Shown here: positions 56,162-64,000 of the stretch, in pieces | How the letters are laid out: each line of letters begins with the position of its first letter | Position numbering within the stretch: position 1 is the first letter of the stretch | Source: Verrucomicrobiales bacterium | GTDB lineage: Bacteria; Verrucomicrobiota; Verrucomicrobiia; Limisphaerales; UBA9464 | Direction of reading: 5' to 3' | Assembly: GCA_005801385.1 (NCBI GenBank) | Contig: SYEM01000307.1 | Coordinates: 198-64,197, forward strand | Length of the DNA: 64,000 nt | The notes under the pieces: generated by a model | The model's database searches: none | Told to the model about the DNA's origin: nothing | Seen by the model: the letters and a program-made list of their open reading frames with translations, nothing else | Program-made: the position numbers and the translations under genes

Positions 56162-57345
56162 GCGGTGACGAAGAGGCCAAGTGACGCCGTGTAGCCATGA
56201 AGGAAATTCTTCCGCCCCACAGGCCCCAGTTCCCCATTGCAGAAGAAACCTGACACAGGCAGCGGACCGAGCTGCTCCTGGATGAGTCCGGCATCGTGAT
56301 TGGGACGTCCGAACAGGCCCGAGCCACGGCCGTTGCAGACCCCCAGGACGCCCCCATAGACGGTCCCATCGCGGATCCGCGCACGGGCCGCGGACAGAGC
56401 CGCCACAAGATCCTCGGACGCCGACTGGGAATCGCGTCGATGGAACTGCATCGTCTGTCCGGTCCGGGGCACAGCCCCGACCGCCAGCATGCCGTTCTCG
56501 GGATTGGCCCCGATTAGATTGCGTACAAGGAAGTCGCCCCGCTGGAATTCCTCCTGGTACTCGTTGCTGGCAAAGCCAACGAATAGGTTGCCTTGGACCT
56601 TCCCCTGCTCCTCCTTGGGCAGGTCGTTTACAGTCTCCAGCAACACTTCATAGGCCGGACGGTTCCCGACGGTGAAGATCAGGTTCCGATCGGCACGGGT
56701 GATGGTCCAAGGACAGCCGATCGGACTACACCCCTGGGAGACGACGGACTCGAGGCGGACCCGCCCTCCGACGCTGAGGGCCACGATGCCTTCCTCATGG
56801 ACGGCCCCGTCGAGGTACAACTGAGTCGTCTGCTGCTCAAAGACACCACTCGCCAGGCCTCCGACGCTCGGCACTCCGGGATACGCGGCGTTCCACGCCC
56901 TCAGCCACCGCTCGCCGTCGAGGTTGAAGGGGTCGGCAAGAACCAGCCAACCCTGCGACTCCGCCGGAGGAACACCTGTCAGCTGATGCCAGTCCGACTC
57001 CGTCTCACAGGATTCCATCGCCTCCTGTCCGAAGTGGACCGCCCGAAGATCCGCCCCCGGCAGGTGGAACAGCTGGAGTACCAACCCAGGCTGGTCTTCA
57101 AACTCTTCGCCATTGGCAATGAGCGACTGGCTCGAACATCCCACCAGGACCGGCACCCGCGCATGCAGCCGCACCAGGTCAAGAACCTCCGCGGCCACCT
57201 CGAAGAACCCAGGCGTCATGAAGAGGATTCCCAGGCTCACCGCCGGGGCATCCAGACGCGCCCGGACGGACTCCGCCCAGCGACGGACCCGGGACTCGTC
57301 CCATTCCCCCGCGAAATGTGCCGCCGCCGAATATGGGCTTCTCAT
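56158..57345 (-). CDS. FIST-domain (FIST_N + FIST_C) putative sensor protein
   Basis: 395 aa. Layout typical of stand-alone FIST proteins (LGILFMTPGF ... VGCSSQSLI ... C-terminal GFFCNGELGP). Its TGA overlaps the trmB GTG (GTGA). Confidence 0.75.
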   Translation of the reverse strand: MRSPYSAAAHFAGEWDESRVRRWAESVRARLDAPAVSLGILFMTPGFFEVAAEVLDLVRLHARVPVLVGCSSQSLIANGEEFEDQPGLVLQLFHLPGADLRAVHFGQEAMESCETESDWHQLTGVPPAESQGWLVLADPFNLDGERWLRAWNAAYPGVPSVGGLASGVFEQQTTQLYLDGAVHEEGIVALSVGGRVRLESVVSQGCSPIGCPWTITRADRNLIFTVGNRPAYEVLLETVNDLPKEEQGKVQGNLFVGFASNEYQEEFQRGDFLVRNLIGANPENGMLAVGAVPRTGQTMQFHRRDSQSASEDLVAALSAARARIRDGTVYGGVLGVCNGRGSGLFGRPNHDAGLIQEQLGPLPVSGFFCNGELGPVGRKNFLHGYTASLGLFVTA

Positions 57346-57364
57346 GGGTACTGGTCCGTGTACC

Positions 57365-58174
57365 TCAGGACTTCTTCCAGAGAAGGTCCTGCCACTTCTT
57401 CTGCTTCTCGCCGGCCTCGCGAAGAAATGGCGCGAGCGCGCCCCACTTCAGGACCCGCTCGTTGAAGAAGCGCCACGAATGATTCAGCGGCCTCGGGAAA
57501 TCGACGAACAGGACGACCCGGTACCCTTCCGTGTCGTTCCAGACCTCATGGTTGAAAGTGTCGTCAAAGATGAACGCCTCACCCTCCCGCCACGAATAGA
57601 AGTCGTTGCCCACCCGGATCTTCACCTTCTCCCGGGGCTCGGGAACCATCAATCCGAGGTGGAGCCGCAGGATGCCGTTCCAGGCACCCCGATGGGCCGG
57701 AATATGCTTGCCGGGCGAGAGGATGCTGAAGAACGCCGTGGTCACGCCGGGAATCTTTGCGAGGAGCCGCATCGTCTCGGGACACCGCTTCGCGTTCTCC
57801 GAGCAGTCCATGCCGATGCCACACAGAAAGTAGGTCTTCCAGTTGTTGTCCGACTGGATCATCCCCACCTCCTTCAGGATGTCCTGGAAGCTCGGCATGC
57901 GGTCCCGGAAAACCATCACCGCATCCAGCTCCTTCCGGACCTTCTGCCAGTCTTTCTCGATCTCCGCCGCCCACGGGAAATCGCCCTTCCTGTAGATGTG
58001 GGGGTCGCCCAGCGGTGAGGCGGCGGCGACACGCGCCTCGAGCCATCGCTGCAGCGCGAGCCCCAGGTTCTGGATAAAGGTGCGGTCCTGACGGAGCGTG
58101 TGGTGCCGATGGCGGAGGTCCACCGGGGACGATGCCGAGACAGGATTGGAAGCGGAGGAGATGGCGGTCGACAT
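57365..58174 (-). CDS. aspartyl/asparaginyl beta-hydroxylase family (LpxO-like) 2OG-Fe(II) oxygenase
   Basis: Trimmed to the Met at 58174. FFSILSPGKHIPAHRGAWNGILRLHLGL ... FIFDDTFNHEVWNDT (HxD/...H iron ligand pattern of the family). Confidence 0.82.
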   Translation of the reverse strand: MSTAISSASNPVSASSPVDLRHRHHTLRQDRTFIQNLGLALQRWLEARVAAASPLGDPHIYRKGDFPWAAEIEKDWQKVRKELDAVMVFRDRMPSFQDILKEVGMIQSDNNWKTYFLCGIGMDCSENAKRCPETMRLLAKIPGVTTAFFSILSPGKHIPAHRGAWNGILRLHLGLMVPEPREKVKIRVGNDFYSWREGEAFIFDDTFNHEVWNDTEGYRVVLFVDFPRPLNHSWRFFNERVLKWGALAPFLREAGEKQKKWQDLLWKKS

Positions 58175-58363
58175 GGATCGTATCCCGGCGACACGTCGAG
58201 GGACGATCCCGCCCCCGCCGATGCCGCACCCCGCGACCCTATCGGGCCGGGGCCCCATCGAACAAGTTTCGACACACAGCGATCGGATCCCCGGGGAACC
58301 CTCCAGGTCAGTTCCCGGCTGACGGAAACCCGGCGACATCCCAGAATTCCCCCGAAGACACCC

Positions 58364-59320
58364 ATGACTCCGCCCTCACAATCCTCATCCTCCGAACGAG
58401 GTCGGATCCTGGTCATCCGCGGCGGGGCCATCGGGGACTTCATCGTAACCCTTCCCCTCCTCGCAGCACTAAGGAACCGGTTACCTGGGAACCGGATTGA
58501 GGTCCTCGGATATCCCCACATCGCCGATCTGGCCCGAGCCTACGGACTGGCAGAGGCCGTCCATCCGATCGAATCCCGAGCACTGGCGGGCTTCTTTGCC
58601 AGGGGATGCAGCCTCGACCCAGCCCTTTCGGCGTTTTTCTCAGGTTTCCACCTCATCATCAGCCACCTCTACGACCCCGACCTGATCTTCCAGAGCCATG
58701 TGGCCTCCGTCTCCAAGGCGCAGTTTCTTCAGGGACTTCATCGGCCCGTCGAAACTTCCAGCCGCCACGCCACCGATCAGATTCTCGACGTCCTGCAACG
58801 GTTGGCAATTTTCGATGAAGATCCGGTCCCTCGGCTGATGGCCCATCGACAAGTCCCCGGAGGCCCCACCGTCCTCGCGGTGCATCCCGGATCGGGCAGT
58901 CCCCGGAAAAACTGGCCCGAGAACCGCTGGGCCGCGCTCCTCGACCAGGTGTCGGCCCGGTCGCCAACACGGTTCCTGCTCGTGGGTGGCGAGGCCGAGG
59001 AAGGTCGCCTCGAACGGCTGGCGGCCCGCCTTCCCAAGGATTGCTGCGAGGTCCTGAGATCGCAGCCCCTCATCGCCGTCGCCGAACGCCTCCGGGGCTG
59101 TCAGGGCTTCATCGGACACGATTCCGGCATCACCCATCTGGCCGCATCGCTCGGGCTTCCAGGCCTCGCGCTCTGGGGCCCCAGCCCGCCACGGGTCTGG
59201 TCGCCGCGCGGCGGCGATTTCCAGGTTTTGGAGGCCCGACCCGACCTGGAGTCGCTGGAGGTCGCGACGGTCGCACAGGCGCTTTCCGACCATCCCTCCC
59301 GACTCATTTCGGAAGGCTGA
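58364..59320 (+). CDS. glycosyltransferase family 9 (heptosyltransferase-like)
   Basis: Trimmed to ATG 58364. ILVIRGGAIGDFIVTLPLLAALR, HPGSGSPRKNWP, FIGHDSGITHLAA. Confidence 0.85.
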   Translation: MTPPSQSSSSERGRILVIRGGAIGDFIVTLPLLAALRNRLPGNRIEVLGYPHIADLARAYGLAEAVHPIESRALAGFFARGCSLDPALSAFFSGFHLIISHLYDPDLIFQSHVASVSKAQFLQGLHRPVETSSRHATDQILDVLQRLAIFDEDPVPRLMAHRQVPGGPTVLAVHPGSGSPRKNWPENRWAALLDQVSARSPTRFLLVGGEAEEGRLERLAARLPKDCCEVLRSQPLIAVAERLRGCQGFIGHDSGITHLAASLGLPGLALWGPSPPRVWSPRGGDFQVLEARPDLESLEVATVAQALSDHPSRLISEG

Positions 59321-59388
59321 TTCCCTGGATAGGCCGCACCTTGCAAACCAGCACCTCGCCGATTACCCATCCCTCCCATCGCAACGAC

Positions 59389-60696
59389 ATGAAACGACGC
59401 CTCATCGGGGAACGCCTCCTCCTCCTCCTGCCCCTCCTCGTCCTCACCCTGCTCCTCATCGGGTCGGTGCACGCCCAGACCAGCAGCACCCCGAACTCCA
59501 CCCAGGGATCCACCAACCAGACGGATGTGCTGGCCGAGTCGCACATGCGGTTCATCGACCAGAACCGTGAACTCCTCACCTTTGGCCTCGACCGGGTCCC
59601 GGCCCTCCAGTCCGAGATCGCCTGGCACCCCCTCTGGCAATACATCGCCACCCTCCTCTACGTCGCCATCGCCTTCGTCGCGGCGAAGCTCGTCGACTGG
59701 ATCATCAATTCCTGGTTGCGCGCGTTCACACGTCGGACGGACACCCAGTTCGACGACATCCTCGTGGGACTCCTCGATGGCCCGGTGAAGGTCATCGTGT
59801 TCGTCATCCTGCTGAACATCGGGCTCCAGCTCTTCTCATGGCCCGCGATCGTCAACAGCTGGTTGGCCAAGCTCACGATCCTGGCGGTGGGAGCCTCGCT
59901 GCTGCAGGTCCTCCTGAAGGCCATCGACGCGATGATTCTCCTCTGGAGAAAGCGCCTCACAGCCGACGGAGACCAGTCCTTCAACCAGTACTTCCTCGTG
60001 CTCATCGGCAAGATCGTGAAGTCGGTCATCATCGTCGTCGCCGTCTTCACCGTGCTGGGCAGCCTCGGGATCGACATCCGCGCCGCCCTGGCCTCCGTAT
60101 CCGTGATCGGCCTCGCCCTCGGTCTCGCGGCACAGGATACCGTCGGCAACCTCTTTGGAGCCGCCGCTGTGTTCCTCGACAAGCCGTTCAAGATCGGAGA
60201 CTCGGTCAAGATCGGCGACGTCGAAGGCACCGTCGAGGAGATGGGGCTCCGCTCCACCCGAATCCGGAACGGCGAGGGCCATCTGATCACGGTCCCCAAC
60301 CGCGAGATGGGCAACAGCCGCATCGTGAACATCTCCCGGCGTCCCACGCTCAGGACCGCCTTCACCCTCGGGCTGCCCCACAGCATGACCAGCGCCGAGG
60401 TCCAGAAGACCCTCGACCTGACCCGGGAGACCTTCGCGAGCCATCCCCTGACCCATGACGTCACGGTGCAGTTCACCCGGATTACCGAGGCGTCGCTGAA
60501 CGTGGAGGTCGTGCATTGGTGCAAGACCACGGAGGACCAGAAACAGGCCGCCGTGCTCCAGGAATTGAACCTGCGCCTGAAGGACCGTTTCGACGCCGCA
60601 GGCATCCGATTGGCCACCCCGACGAGGTCGATTGTGATGTCACCTAGCGGAGAATCCACCCCGGCGGCCCGCACGGGAACGTCAACAACCCGTTGA
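59389..60696 (+). CDS. MscS-family mechanosensitive channel
   Basis: Trimmed to ATG 59389 (signal/TM MKRRLIGERLLLLLPLLVLTLLLIG). LAAQDTVGNLFGAAAVFLDKPFKIGDSVKIGDVEGTVEEMGLRSTRIR..EGHLITVPN. Confidence 0.88.
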   Translation: MKRRLIGERLLLLLPLLVLTLLLIGSVHAQTSSTPNSTQGSTNQTDVLAESHMRFIDQNRELLTFGLDRVPALQSEIAWHPLWQYIATLLYVAIAFVAAKLVDWIINSWLRAFTRRTDTQFDDILVGLLDGPVKVIVFVILLNIGLQLFSWPAIVNSWLAKLTILAVGASLLQVLLKAIDAMILLWRKRLTADGDQSFNQYFLVLIGKIVKSVIIVVAVFTVLGSLGIDIRAALASVSVIGLALGLAAQDTVGNLFGAAAVFLDKPFKIGDSVKIGDVEGTVEEMGLRSTRIRNGEGHLITVPNREMGNSRIVNISRRPTLRTAFTLGLPHSMTSAEVQKTLDLTRETFASHPLTHDVTVQFTRITEASLNVEVVHWCKTTEDQKQAAVLQELNLRLKDRFDAAGIRLATPTRSIVMSPSGESTPAARTGTSTTR

Positions 60697-60747
60697 CATC
60701 CCGACGCCCCCCGATAGCTTGGCGGCGTTCAAGAATCGCGAAAAGCC

Positions 60748-61029
60748 ATGCCGAACACCAAGTCCGCCGGGAAGCGAGTCCGTTCCAGTGCCCGCAAACA
60801 GGCCATCAACCACGCCACCATATCCCGCGTAAAGACCGCCGAGAAAAAATACCTCTCGGTTGTTTCCTCCGGAAAGACTGAGGATGCCAAGAAGGCCCTG
60901 TCAGCCGCCGCATCCGCCTATGGCACGGCCGTGAAGCGCGGTTCCATCAAGGCCCAGACCGCCAGCCGCAAGCGCTCACGCCTGCAGCTCCGCCTGAACA
61001 AAGCCGCTGCGGCAGCCAAGGCGAAGTAA
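60748..61029 (+). CDS. rpsT: 30S ribosomal protein S20
   Basis: 93 aa. MPNTKSAGKRVRSSARKQAINHATISRVKTAEKK. Confidence 0.93.
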   Translation: MPNTKSAGKRVRSSARKQAINHATISRVKTAEKKYLSVVSSGKTEDAKKALSAAASAYGTAVKRGSIKAQTASRKRSRLQLRLNKAAAAAKAK

Positions 61030-61083
61030 TTCCAACCGGGACGGGCGGCTCATCCAGCCCCTCACCTGCTTGCCAAAGACAAC

Positions 61084-61111
61084 CCCCGGTCAGGCCCAGG
61101 CCTGCCCGGGG
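61084..61111. terminator. GC-rich hairpin between convergent rpsT and the DUF1501 gene (possible bidirectional terminator)
   Basis: CCCCGGTCAGGC-CCAG-GCCTGCCCGGGG: 12-bp stem (1 mismatch), 4-nt loop. Followed by TTCTTC on the plus strand and TTGTCTTTGG on the minus strand, so the U-tracts are imperfect. Confidence 0.5.
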
Positions 61112-61115
61112 TTCT

Positions 61116-62561
61116 TCATGCCAGGATCTCGCGAACCACGCGCCCGTGAACGTCCGTCAGCCGGAAATCCCGCCCCGCCGTCCGGAACGTCAGCGTCTCA
61201 TGGTTGAATCCCAGGAGGTGGAGCAGCGTCGCATGCAGGTCATGGACATGGACCGGGTTCTCCGCCGCGGCGAATCCGAACTCGTCGGTCGCCCCATGCA
61301 CATGTCCCCCCTTCACCCCGCCTCCCGCGAGCCAGACGGTGAAGCCGTGGTTGTTGTGGTCCCGCCCGTTCTGCTTGCCGGCGTTGGCCCCAGGAGTGGG
61401 CAGCTCGACCGTCGGCGTCCGACCAAACTCACCCCCGCAGATCACCAGGGTGTCATCCAGCATCCCCCGATCCTTGAGATCGGTCAGGAGCGCCGCGATC
61501 GCCCGGTCACACTGCCCCGCCAGATTCCGGTGGTTGGTCTCGATGTCGTCGTGGTTGTCCCAGGGCTGACCCGCCCCATGCCAGACCTGCACAAACCGAA
61601 CCCCACGCTCCACCAGCCGACGGGCGATCAGGAGCTGACGGGCCTGAACGCCATCACCATACCGTTCCCGCACCGCCGCGGGCTCCCGCTGGATGTCGAA
61701 GGCATCCGCCGCCTCCATCTGCATGCGATAGGCCAGCTCGAAGCTCTGGACCCGGGCCTCCAGCTGGGCATCGGCCGCACGGGCCCGACGGTGCCGCTCG
61801 TTGAGGGCCTGGAGCAGGTCCAGCTGCGCCCGTTGCTCCGGCATTGAGGTGTACCGGTTGTTGATGTTCTCGATCAGCTTCTCCAACCGGGTGTTCTCGG
61901 TATTGATGTAGGTGCCCTGATAGGTGCCCGGCAGGAAACCGCTCTGCCAGTTCTGGGATTCCTGGATCGGATAGCCGCCCGGACACATCGCGATGAACCC
62001 CGGGAGATTCTGGTTCTCGGACCCCAGCCCATAGGTCACCCACGAGCCAAAGCTCGGACGGGGCAGCCGGGCCTCCCCGCAGTTCATCAGGAGCCGCGAC
62101 GGCTCATGATTCGGGACATCCGCCTTCATCGAACGGATCACACAGAGATCGTCCGCATGCCGGGCTGTGTGCTGGAACAGGTCCGAGATCTCGAGTCCGC
62201 TCTGCCCATATCGCCGGAACGTGAACGGGGATCGGTAGGCCGCCCCAGTCTTGCGCTCCGTTGCGAAGTGGACCGGGATTTCCTTGCCATGCCAGCGATC
62301 GAGGGATGGTTTGGGATCGAACGTGTCGACGTGCGACGCCCCACCGTTCAGGAAAATATGAATGACCCGCTTCGCGCAACCCGCGAACTGAGGAGGCTTT
62401 GGCCGTAGCGGATTGGTGAACCCGGTCTCCTCCGCCCGCACCGGATCCAACGACCCCAGAAGCGACGCCAACCCCAACGAGCCCATTCCCATCCCACAAC
62501 GATCCAGGAACTGACGACGCGTCAGCGCCAAATGGTCGGGGTTGGAGGCGTGGTGCGACAT
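61116..62561 (-). CDS. DUF1501 (sulfatase-like) protein with Tat signal
   Basis: Trimmed to the Met at 62561 (MSHHASNPDHLALTRRQFLDRCGMGMGSLGLASLLG). Signature GRDHNNHGFTVWLAGGG near the C-terminus. Confidence 0.85.
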   Translation of the reverse strand: MSHHASNPDHLALTRRQFLDRCGMGMGSLGLASLLGSLDPVRAEETGFTNPLRPKPPQFAGCAKRVIHIFLNGGASHVDTFDPKPSLDRWHGKEIPVHFATERKTGAAYRSPFTFRRYGQSGLEISDLFQHTARHADDLCVIRSMKADVPNHEPSRLLMNCGEARLPRPSFGSWVTYGLGSENQNLPGFIAMCPGGYPIQESQNWQSGFLPGTYQGTYINTENTRLEKLIENINNRYTSMPEQRAQLDLLQALNERHRRARAADAQLEARVQSFELAYRMQMEAADAFDIQREPAAVRERYGDGVQARQLLIARRLVERGVRFVQVWHGAGQPWDNHDDIETNHRNLAGQCDRAIAALLTDLKDRGMLDDTLVICGGEFGRTPTVELPTPGANAGKQNGRDHNNHGFTVWLAGGGVKGGHVHGATDEFGFAAAENPVHVHDLHATLLHLLGFNHETLTFRTAGRDFRLTDVHGRVVREILA

Positions 62562-62658
62562 CGAGTGTTGTGAATAGAGGACGCCCGGAACGGGGCAAAA
62601 TTCAAGCCTCGTGCCCGGCCTCGCCACCCCGCCCGACACCCGATAGGGTTCCGGGACC

Positions 62659-63435
62659 ATGAAGGTCGTCATTCTGTGCGGCGGACTCGGCACCCGGCTC
62701 CGCGAGGAAACCGAATACCGACCCAAGCCCATGGTGCCGGTCGGCGGACGCCCCATCCTCTGGCACATCATGAAGCTCTACGCCGCAGCCGGGCACACCG
62801 ACTTCGTCCTGTGCCTCGGCTACAAGGGCGAATCGATCCGGGACTACTTCCGCAACTACCTCTGGAACACCTCCGATGTCACCCTGAAGCTCGGACGCAA
62901 CCCCCAGATCACCTACCACACGAGCCATGCCGAGGAGGACTGGACCGTCACCCTGCTCGAGACCGGCCAGGAGACCCAGACCGGTGGACGCCTGCTCCGT
63001 GCCCTGCCCTACGTGGGCAATGAGACCTTCCTCTTCACCTACGGCGACGGGGTAACCGACAGCGACATCAACGCCTCGATCCGGTTCCACCAGTCCCATG
63101 GCGCCATCGCAACCGTGACCGCCGTGAAACCCCGGGGACGCTTCGGAGAACTCGCGATGGACGGCCAAACCATCACGGCCTTCCGCGAGAAGCCCGACGA
63201 GGAGAACGCCTACATCAGCGGGGGGTTCATGGTCCTGGACCCCAGGATCCGGGGGTATCTCGAGGACGGCGACCGCTGTGTGTTCGAGCGGCGCCCCATG
63301 GAACGCCTCGCACAGGAGGGCCAGCTCAAGGCGTACACCCACGACGGATTCTGGCAGTGCATGGACACCTTCCGGGAACAGCAGATGCTGGATCGTCTCT
63401 GGACCGAGGGGAACGCCCCGTGGAAGACCTGGTGA
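62659..63435 (+). CDS. rfbF: glucose-1-phosphate cytidylyltransferase
   Basis: 258 aa. MKVVILCGGLGTRLREETEYRPKPMVPVGGRPILWHIMK, CLGYKG, FTYGDGV, HDGFWQCMDT. Confidence 0.92.
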   Translation: MKVVILCGGLGTRLREETEYRPKPMVPVGGRPILWHIMKLYAAAGHTDFVLCLGYKGESIRDYFRNYLWNTSDVTLKLGRNPQITYHTSHAEEDWTVTLLETGQETQTGGRLLRALPYVGNETFLFTYGDGVTDSDINASIRFHQSHGAIATVTAVKPRGRFGELAMDGQTITAFREKPDEENAYISGGFMVLDPRIRGYLEDGDRCVFERRPMERLAQEGQLKAYTHDGFWQCMDTFREQQMLDRLWTEGNAPWKTW

Positions 63436-64000
63436 GCCCGACCGCCCCGCGCCAGACCGAGACCCGGAGGGTCCGCCTCGCCACTGGGATCGACGTCCTC
63501 CTCGATGCCCGACGCGCCATCGTTCTGCCCTCCGAACGCGCGCTGGCCCTGGCAGACCTCCACCTCGGGTACTCCTGGGTCCAACGCCGCCGGGGTGCCT
63601 TGATGCCCCTCACCACGCCCGAGACCACCGCCTCCCGCGTGGCGGCCTTGTTGGGGGACCATCAGCCCCAACACCTCGTGATTCTCGGGGATCTGGTCCA
63701 CCAGGCGACGCAACAGCCCGGGGTTGAGGAGGCGCTGGACCAGCTGGCCCGCGCGATTCCACCAGAGGTGACCTGGACCGTCTGCACCGGGAACCACGAC
63801 CGGAACCTCGGGAGACTTCTCGAACGCCTTCCGCGCTCGGTCCAGCTGGTCTCATCCGTGTCGATGGGAGGCTATCTCCTCCACCATGGAGACACCGCGC
63901 CCGTTCGGAACCCTCCGGAGACCTTCTCGCTCGAGGGAGCCGAGGCATTCCAGATCATCGGACACGAACACCCCGCACTGCGCCTGGGGGATGGCGTGGC
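63432..64000 (+). CDS. calcineurin-like metallophosphoesterase, PdeM-like (partial, runs off the right edge)
   Basis: Not in the ORF track. GTG at 63432 overlaps the rfbF stop (GTGA). My translation reads ...ALALADLHLGYSW ... HLVILGDLVHQ ... VCTGNHDRN ... LLHHGD ... IIGHEHPA, the metallophosphoesterase motif series in PdeM-like order. Confidence 0.6.
   Translation, partial: MSPTAPRQTETRRVRLATGIDVLLDARRAIVLPSERALALADLHLGYSWVQRRRGALMPLTTPETTASRVAALLGDHQPQHLVILGDLVHQATQQPGVEEALDQLARAIPPEVTWTVCTGNHDRNLGRLLERLPRSVQLVSSVSMGGYLLHHGDTAPVRNPPETFSLEGAEAFQIIGHEHPALRLGDGV

Noticed and set aside
1-64000. Scan for CRISPR arrays, transposases, integrases, phage genes, toxin-antitoxin pairs and known defence-system hallmarks.
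   Set aside because: None seen. No arrays of regularly spaced repeats, no IS-like terminal inverted repeats, and every sizeable ORF is accounted for by housekeeping or envelope functions. The scan was by eye only, so short or degenerate elements could have been missed.

Overview
High-GC chromosomal segment (spot counts about 65-72% GC), most likely from a PVC-superphylum bacterium, probably Verrucomicrobiota. That call is an inference from family content: an H-X9-DG prepilin-like protein, a Tat-signal DUF1501 protein, CRTAC1/ASPIC FG-GAP proteins, a futalosine-pathway radical-SAM enzyme and extended ribosomal proteins. I support about 72 protein-coding genes, almost all core metabolism and translation. 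I saw no rRNA, tRNA, CRISPR array, transposase, integrase or phage gene. The centre (34.5-47.3 kb, minus strand) is a contiguous ribosomal-protein/secY/rpoA cluster running rplB to rplQ. It is much lower in GC (about 47-52% in spot counts) than its flanks. It begins abruptly at rplB instead of rpsJ-rplC-rplD-rplW, with a split ECF-type sigma gene in that position. The ORF track missed three genes, which I recovered by eye: rpmJ (37759-37872, below the size cutoff), an aroB fragment at the left edge and a PdeM-like metallophosphoesterase fragment at the right edge. Many long track ORFs are N-terminally over-extended or are antisense or alternate-frame artefacts of stop-poor GC-rich DNA, so I trimmed starts where a signal peptide or conserved N-terminus made the real start clear. 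There is no clear defence or mobile system. The most unusual candidate is a three-gene dehydrogenase/APC-permease/DegT-like cassette (2719-6616) joined by ATGA overlaps, whose DegT-family member has Thr where the Schiff-base lysine normally sits. Other leads are the anomalous ribosomal block, a fused polytopic-membrane/spermidine-synthase-like protein, an lpxO-like/FIST/trmB/unknown-exported-protein operon, and small repeats and ORFs. All family calls come from motif recognition by eye; no searches were run.
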